From: Coprobacillaceae bacterium
GTDB taxonomy: Bacteria; Bacillota_I; Bacilli_A; Erysipelotrichales; Coprobacillaceae
NCBI GenBank assembly: GCA_047973105.1
Contig: JBKEBJ010000327.1
Span: 1 to 23,611, forward strand
Direction: 5' to 3'
DNA: 23,611 bases
A program made the position numbers and the translations under genes. How positions within the stretch are numbered: position 1 is the stretch's first letter; each line of letters opens with the position of its first letter. A model generated the notes under the pieces. That model was not told the DNA's origin and did no database searches. It worked only from the letters and a program-made list of their open reading frames with translations. Shown here piece after piece: positions 18,854 through 23,611 of the stretch.

Positions 18854-19144
18854 TTATTCTTCACCAAAATAGTTGATTTCATCACCTTCAGCTAATTTAA
18901 CAATAGCTTTTCTTCTTCTGTTTGTTCTACCTTCGTATTTACCCATTCTTTTTTTCTTTGGTTTAACATTCATAATGTTTACGCTAAGTACTTTTACACC
19001 AAACATTGCTTCAACAGCTTGTTTAACTTCAATTTTGTTAGCTTTTACATCTACATCGAATGTATATTTGTTTTCCGCAGATTGAAGAGTTAAAGATTTT
19101 TCAGTAAGTACTGGTTTTTTTAATACATCAGTAATATGTGCCAT
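18854..19144 (-). CDS. rplW: 50S ribosomal protein L23
   Basis: The L23 signature is present. The start overlaps the rplD stop (TAATG). Confidence 0.93.
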   Translation of the reverse strand: MAHITDVLKKPVLTEKSLTLQSAENKYTFDVDVKANKIEVKQAVEAMFGVKVLSVNIMNVKPKKKRMGKYEGRTNRRRKAIVKLAEGDEINYFGEE

Positions 19145-19767
19145 TATACTAGTACCTCCTCAACTGATTTGATTGCAGCTTCAGTCATAATTAACTTATT
19201 GCTGTTTAAGATATCATAAACGTTAATACGTTTTGCATCTAAGATTTTAACTCCAGGAATATTATTAGCTGATCTAGCAACATTTTCGCAAATTTCATCA
19301 ACAACAATTAATGTTTTTGTTGGTGCTTCTAAGTTAGCTAATACTTTTACCATTTCTTTTGTTTTTGGAGCATCCATTTTGATTGCATCTAAAGCCATGA
19401 ATTCATTATCAATAATTTTAGTTGATAACGCTGATTTTAATGCTAATCTTCTTACTTTACGATTTAATTTAAATTTATAACTTCTAGGCGTTGGACCAAA
19501 TACTACTCCACCACCACGACATTGTGGAGAACGAATAGACCCTTGTCTAGCACTACCTGTTCCTTTTTGACTCCATGGTTTCTTTCCACCACCACTTAAT
19601 TCATTACGATTTTTAACTTTATGAGTTCCTTGTCTCAAAGACGCTCTTTGTAACAAAACCATATCAAAAATAGCTTGGTTATTTGGCTCAATACCAAACA
19701 CTGCATCATTTAATTCTAATTCTTTAACATCTGCACCTTCTTGGTTATATACTTTTACTTTAAGCAT
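19144..19767 (-). CDS. rplD: 50S ribosomal protein L4
   Basis: The L4 signature and gene order match. Confidence 0.95.
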   Translation of the reverse strand: MLKVKVYNQEGADVKELELNDAVFGIEPNNQAIFDMVLLQRASLRQGTHKVKNRNELSGGGKKPWSQKGTGSARQGSIRSPQCRGGGVVFGPTPRSYKFKLNRKVRRLALKSALSTKIIDNEFMALDAIKMDAPKTKEMVKVLANLEAPTKTLIVVDEICENVARSANNIPGVKILDAKRINVYDILNSNKLIMTEAAIKSVEEVLV

Positions 19768-19787
19768 ATGTAGTCCTCCTTCCCTAA

Positions 19788-20516
19788 CTATTCTGCAGCT
19801 GCAGTTTCAGCAGCTTCTTCAACTACAGGAGCTTCTACTACTTCTTCTACTTCACTGTAATCTACTAATTCATTAATTTCGTTTACTTTACCATTAGCTT
19901 TGATTGCTGATTTAACAACAACTAAACCTTTTTTCGGTCCCGGTACTGAACCTTTGATTAATAATACACTGTTTTCTACATCGACAGCGACAACTTCTAA
20001 ATTTTGAATTGTTCTTGTTACGTGTCCCATATGTCCTGGCATTTTTTTACCTGGAGCAATACGGTTTGGAGCGATTGGCCCCATTGAACCTACAATTCTA
20101 TGAGCTCCTGAACCATGTCCTTTTGGACCGATTTTTTGCCCGTGTCTCTTAATAACACCTTGATAACCTTTCCCTTTTGAAGTTCCAGTTACATCCACAA
20201 CTTCACCAGCTACGAAGCTATCAACACTAATTTTATCTCCAACTTCATAACTCATCATTTCGTCGAAACGAAATTCTTTTATGAAGCGCTTAGGAGCTGT
20301 ATTAGCTTTTTTCACAATACCTAACTCAGCCTTATTAGCTAATTTTTCTCTCTTATCTTCAAAACCAACTTGAATAGCATCATATCCATCAGTTGCTTCT
20401 GTTTTCTTTTGTAGAACAACATTGTCTGTCGCTTCTACAACAGTCACAGGAATTAATACACCATCAGCTGTGAAGATTTGAGTCATTCCAATCTTACGAC
20501 CTAAGATTCCTTTCAT
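19788..20516 (-). CDS. rplC: 50S ribosomal protein L3, with an acidic C-terminal extension of about 30 aa
   Basis: [15 protein letters not shown] is the L3 start. The tail [32 protein letters not shown] is extra relative to Bacillus L3. Confidence 0.93.
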   Translation of the reverse strand: MKGILGRKIGMTQIFTADGVLIPVTVVEATDNVVLQKKTEATDGYDAIQVGFEDKREKLANKAELGIVKKANTAPKRFIKEFRFDEMMSYEVGDKISVDSFVAGEVVDVTGTSKGKGYQGVIKRHGQKIGPKGHGSGAHRIVGSMGPIAPNRIAPGKKMPGHMGHVTRTIQNLEVVAVDVENSVLLIKGSVPGPKKGLVVVKSAIKANGKVNEINELVDYSEVEEVVEAPVVEEAAETAAAE

Positions 20517-20536
20517 GAGTTACACCTTTACCTTTC

Positions 20537-20845
20537 TTATAATTTAATTTCAATATCCACACCACTTGGTAATTCTAATCTTGTTAGAACATCAATTGTT
20601 TCAGGTGTTGGATTCACAATGTCAATAAGACGTTTGTGAGTTCTAATCTCAAATTGTTCACGTGAATCTTTATATTTGTGAACCGCTCTTAATACTGTAT
20701 AAATTTCTTTTTCAGTTGGTAGAGGTACAGGACCTACTACTTGAGCTCCAGATTTCTTAGCAGCACCAATAATTTTCTCTGCTGATCCATCTAAAATTTT
20801 GTGATCAAATGATTTTAATCTAATTCTTACTTTGTTGTTTGCCAT
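20537..20845 (-). CDS. rpsJ: 30S ribosomal protein S10
   Basis: [19 protein letters not shown] is S10. Confidence 0.95.
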   Translation of the reverse strand: MANNKVRIRLKSFDHKILDGSAEKIIGAAKKSGAQVVGPVPLPTEKEIYTVLRAVHKYKDSREQFEIRTHKRLIDIVNPTPETIDVLTRLELPSGVDIEIKL

Positions 20846-20972
20846 GATTTTTCTCCTTTCGTCTATTTTTATAATAGACTTGCTCCATACGAATTACCTG
20901 AAACCGCCGTTTCATGACAACGCCTCTCTGTGTTTCAGCAACCTCGCACATCTTCGCAACGTCAACATTAGT
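20846..20972 (-). promoter_or_regulatory. 5' leader of the S10 operon: locally GC-rich, with nested inverted repeats (CTGAAAC...GTTTCAG) and a TCTATT-ATAAA-AATAGA hairpin abutting the Shine-Dalgarno
   Basis: The inverted repeats are read from the sequence. A possible TTGCAT-N17-TATAAT promoter overlaps the upstream terminator at about 20973-21000. A function as an autoregulatory ribosomal-protein leader is inferred. Confidence 0.35.
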
Positions 20973-20981
20973 ATTATATAG

Positions 20982-21011
20982 AAAAAAAGCCCATAATGCA
21001 AGGCTTTTTTT
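20982..21011. terminator. Bidirectional rho-independent terminator: AAAAAAAGCC-cataatgcaa-GGCTTTTTTT
   Basis: A 10-bp stem including the A/T runs is flanked by an A-tract and a T-tract. It sits between the vanW-like gene and the S10 leader. Confidence 0.6.
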
Positions 21012-21055
21012 GATTTTTATTAGAAAATTTTATCTTGTTTTTTGGCATAAAAAAT

Positions 21056-21877
21056 CTACTTTACAACAACCTCTAAATTCGAAGTATCATACATAACTCT
21101 AGCGTGATTTTGTTTAATTAATTCTCTCTTTATTACCTTCCCTGTTTTCTTATCTATTGCACTCCTATAAACATTCCCATTTCGATAAACAATTCCTTTT
21201 TCTTTAGAAAAATGCTCATCTTCAACTTTTATATGATATTTTGTATTTTGTTGCTTTTCTGCTCGAATTTCTCCCTTTAAATATTTTTCATCTGTATATA
21301 CTATTATTTGATATGTATTGTCAGTATTATTTTTAAAGCGATAATCCAAATAGTTATATACGATTGATGTTCCTGTACCAAAAGGTTTTTGTCTACCATA
21401 ATCCGGAAATAAATCCAATCCTTCATGATGGTGATGTTCAATGATATCTAAATCTGTATGTAAAATCATCCAATGTAACAAATTAGTAAACTGACACAAT
21501 CCTCCTCCTATTCCCTTTGAAGATTGGTTTCCTGATATAGTCAATCCGGTTTTATAACCTTTACTCTCATTACAAATACCAACTAATGACCAAAAAGAGA
21601 ATACTTCCTTTGGTTTAATAATCACTTTATTCACTTTTGGTGTAGCTAAAGATAAATTAATTGCTTTATTTTCTTGTAATTGTATATCTACATTTCCTAG
21701 TTTACGTCGTATTAACGAATTATGTTTATATATTCTATATGGTAAATCATTTTCTGTTTTTTCTTTAGCTATTTTATCGCTATTACTGAAATCCTTGATT
21801 TTTCTTACTGCTCTACACTTTAACGCTGAAATCTTATATGTTGTTTCATTAATTTCACAGAATAATTTTCTTTGCAT
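21056..21877 (-). CDS. VanW-family protein
   Basis: VanW-domain blocks GGGLCQFTNLLHWMIL, IEHHHHEGL and NYLDYRFKNNTDNTYQIIVY are present. The start is ATG 21877 with a GAGGGGGG Shine-Dalgarno. The tracked 21892 is a TTG. Confidence 0.7.
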   Translation of the reverse strand: MQRKLFCEINETTYKISALKCRAVRKIKDFSNSDKIAKEKTENDLPYRIYKHNSLIRRKLGNVDIQLQENKAINLSLATPKVNKVIIKPKEVFSFWSLVGICNESKGYKTGLTISGNQSSKGIGGGLCQFTNLLHWMILHTDLDIIEHHHHEGLDLFPDYGRQKPFGTGTSIVYNYLDYRFKNNTDNTYQIIVYTDEKYLKGEIRAEKQQNTKYHIKVEDEHFSKEKGIVYRNGNVYRSAIDKKTGKVIKRELIKQNHARVMYDTSNLEVVVK

Positions 21878-21926
21878 ATTAACCCCCCTCAAGTTTTATT
21901 ACAAAAATTCTATAACATAATCATTT

Positions 21927-21973
21927 CTGTTATACTCACTAAGCCCTAATTTTTCTTAGAAAGTTTCAAAATA
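21927..21973 (-). promoter_or_regulatory. Copy 2 of the bipartite motif, about 50 nt upstream of the vanW-like start
   Basis: CACTAAGCCCTA-N11-AAAGTTTCAAAATA on the plus strand has the same blocks and spacing as 6217-6262. Confidence 0.45.
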
Positions 21974-22052
21974 CTTAATTATTTTTTTAATATATATAAT
22001 ACCATTAAAAAAGAAGAAATAAAATTATTTAATTATTTCCTCTTTAACTATC

Positions 22053-23318
22053 CTATTTTTTTGGTTTTCCGCACTCCTTACAGAACTTCCCTTCATTAAT
22101 ACTACCACATTCGCATGTCCATTCATTATTCGCAGGTCTTGGTTTTCCGCATTCACCACAAAATTTTGCCTTATTTAGATTTCCACAACTACAAGTCCAT
22201 TCCTCTGCTTGTGGTTTTGGTTTTCCACATTCACTACAAAACTTCCCTTCATTTTCATGTCCACATTCACATGTCCATCCAGTAGCTGAACTTTTTTGTT
22301 TCTTATTAAACAAAGGGTTGTCTTCTTGTTCGTTCATACCACTTAAGACGTTATTATTTCCATTCATTCCTGTAGCTTGTCCAACCATACCCATTCCAAA
22401 GAATCCTTGCATTGCTCCAGCCTCATTTCCAGCTGCTTTTTCTAATGCAATTGCCTGGGCCTCTGTTAATCTTCCAGCAGCCACACGTTGGTCAGACATC
22501 ATAATAGCGTCATCAACCTTTTGGATTCTTTTTCTTGATTCATCATCTGGTGTTACTTTTTCAATAGCTACACTTTCAATCATTATTCCACGTTTCTGTT
22601 TCCAATCCTCATCTAATGTATCATTCATGAATTTTGAAATTTCACGTTGACGTTTAGGAAGGTCGTTATATTGGAATCCTTCATCACTACACATAGCTAT
22701 TGCGGTATCTAATGCATTCACAAATTCTGCTTGTGATTGTGTCATTAATTGATCTTTAGTATACACCTCACTTACATTTCCAGCTACATTTGCATAAAAA
22801 CAAATTGGATCCACTACTTTAAATGAATACATACCAAAATAACGAATATATATCCCACGATATGTTGGATCATTATATGCCATTGGTGTGGGTGTTCCGA
22901 ATTTATTATCAAGGATTTCCTTTACATTAACAAAATATACTCTTTGATCTTTACCAGGTGTTCCTCCCATGGTAAATCTTTTTCCAAATATTTTAAAGGA
23001 ATCCTTTAACCCTTGAAATCCACTATCAAATAAACTTGGCTCACTTGAGTTGTCCCAAGTAAATCTTCCTGCCTCTGTCGTAAAATCAACAATTTTCCCA
23101 TCTTCAACTATTAATGCACATTGCCCTTCATTAACTGCAATACCAGTTCCGTTTGTTATAATATTCTCAGATCCTTTAGTATTGCTTCCAGATTGCACTA
23201 CCTTTTTCCCTCTTCTAATTAACTCATTATTATTCAGTGTATCACAGTAAAAATACTCTATCCATTGGTCCGCTAATGTTGTTTTTAGTGAATCAACAGC
23301 TGCTTTAATTAATCCCAT
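22053..23318 (-). CDS. SPFH/band-7-like protein (YdjI-like N-terminus) with three tandem C-terminal zinc-ribbon repeats
   Basis: The N-terminus MGLIKAAVDSLKTTLADQWIEYFYCD and the NPLFNKK region resemble the band-7-like family that includes B. subtilis YdjI. The C-terminus has three repeats of WTCxCG-x6-KFCxECGKPxP. A strong AAAGGAGAG RBS is present. Confidence 0.55.
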   Translation of the reverse strand: MGLIKAAVDSLKTTLADQWIEYFYCDTLNNNELIRRGKKVVQSGSNTKGSENIITNGTGIAVNEGQCALIVEDGKIVDFTTEAGRFTWDNSSEPSLFDSGFQGLKDSFKIFGKRFTMGGTPGKDQRVYFVNVKEILDNKFGTPTPMAYNDPTYRGIYIRYFGMYSFKVVDPICFYANVAGNVSEVYTKDQLMTQSQAEFVNALDTAIAMCSDEGFQYNDLPKRQREISKFMNDTLDEDWKQKRGIMIESVAIEKVTPDDESRKRIQKVDDAIMMSDQRVAAGRLTEAQAIALEKAAGNEAGAMQGFFGMGMVGQATGMNGNNNVLSGMNEQEDNPLFNKKQKSSATGWTCECGHENEGKFCSECGKPKPQAEEWTCSCGNLNKAKFCGECGKPRPANNEWTCECGSINEGKFCKECGKPKK

Positions 23319-23405
23319 TTTCTTCTCTCCTTTAATTATAAAAATAACTAAATAAAATAGATGTTTCCTTCCATTTTTATAGTTTTCATTAAAAATAACA
23401 ATTTC

Positions 23406-23414
23406 ATTATATCA
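23406..23414 (-). promoter_or_regulatory. Extended -10 promoter TGaTATAAT for the SPFH gene
   Basis: The minus strand reads TGATATAAT about 85 nt upstream of the ATG at 23318. Confidence 0.35.
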
Positions 23415-23471
23415 TATTCAAAATTATATCTAAATAAGAATCTCTATTCAAATTTATTGTTACATTAAAAT

Positions 23472-23490
23472 AAAAAATCCCTCAAAGGGA
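23472..23490 (-). terminator. Short hairpin TCCCT-ttg-AGGGA with T-tract after the 5S rRNA
   Basis: The minus strand reads TTTTTTCCCTTTGAGGGATTTTTTATTTT just downstream of the 5S 3' end. Confidence 0.4.
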
Positions 23491-23507
23491 AAAAAGAATA
23501 AAAAAAA

Positions 23508-23611
23508 GAACTGGCAGCTTGCTATTGTCGCACTTTCGCACTATCTTCGCCGTTATGATGCTTGACTTCTGTGTTCGGTATGGGTACAGGTATTTCCATC
23601 ATGCTATCACT
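23508..23611 (-). rRNA. rrf: 5S ribosomal RNA, with about 6-7 nt of its 5' end beyond the window
   Basis: The reverse complement GTGATAGCATGATGGAAATACCTGTACCCATACCGAACACAGAAGTCAAGC...GCTGCCAGTT aligns along its length to Firmicutes 5S. The loop C/helix III consensus CCCATACCGAACAC is present. Confidence 0.8.

Noticed and set aside
22056-22295. Nucleotide-level tandem repeats at the 3' end of the SPFH gene as a possible CRISPR-like or VNTR array
   Set aside because: The periodicity is that of an in-frame protein repeat (zinc ribbons of about 26 aa) with degenerate third positions. There are no spacers of constant length and no flanking cas genes.
6847-23250. Remaining short plus-strand ORFs inside or antisense to minus-strand genes (6847-7041, 7935-8209, 8500-8730, 9740-9937, 10116-10385, 12112-12849, 13981-14208, 15260-15748, 17973-18185, 18873-19085, 20914-21096, 22318-22650, 23050-23250; 20914-21096 lies over the S10 leader and terminator) and the minus-strand 11802-12008 ORF
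   Set aside because: All are antisense or shadow frames of confidently identified ribosomal, housekeeping or SPFH genes. None has a convincing RBS or a recognisable domain.

Overview
AT-rich Firmicutes-type chromosomal window, almost all on the minus strand. In minus-strand transcription order it carries: the 3' end of an rrn operon (partial 5S rRNA at 23508-23611); an SPFH/band-7-like protein with three C-terminal zinc-ribbon repeats; a VanW-family gene; and the complete S10-spc-alpha ribosomal protein cluster from rpsJ to rplQ with secY, adk, map, infA and rpmJ (20845 down to 6321). In Bacillus-like genomes ecfA immediately follows rplQ. Here a ~5.9 kb AT-rich accessory block (408-6320) lies between them, and ecfA (partial, 1-407, with its own sigma-A-like promoter) resumes only at the window edge. 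The block encodes an ECF-type sigma factor and an overlapping single-pass membrane protein with anti-sigma-like topology. These are flanked by two paralogous secreted, C-terminally anchored proteins; one is split by a frameshift next to an A6 run. The block also holds a short rubredoxin and, on the plus strand, a translationally coupled NUDIX hydrolase and Qnr-like pentapeptide-repeat protein. A conserved ~46-nt bipartite motif (TATTTTGAAACTTT-N11-TAGGGCTTAGTG on the minus strand) occurs twice, upstream of the sigma-factor block and upstream of the vanW-like gene. I propose it as the promoter or operator of this sigma factor, defining a small envelope-related regulon. No CRISPR array, tRNA, integrase or transposase is visible.
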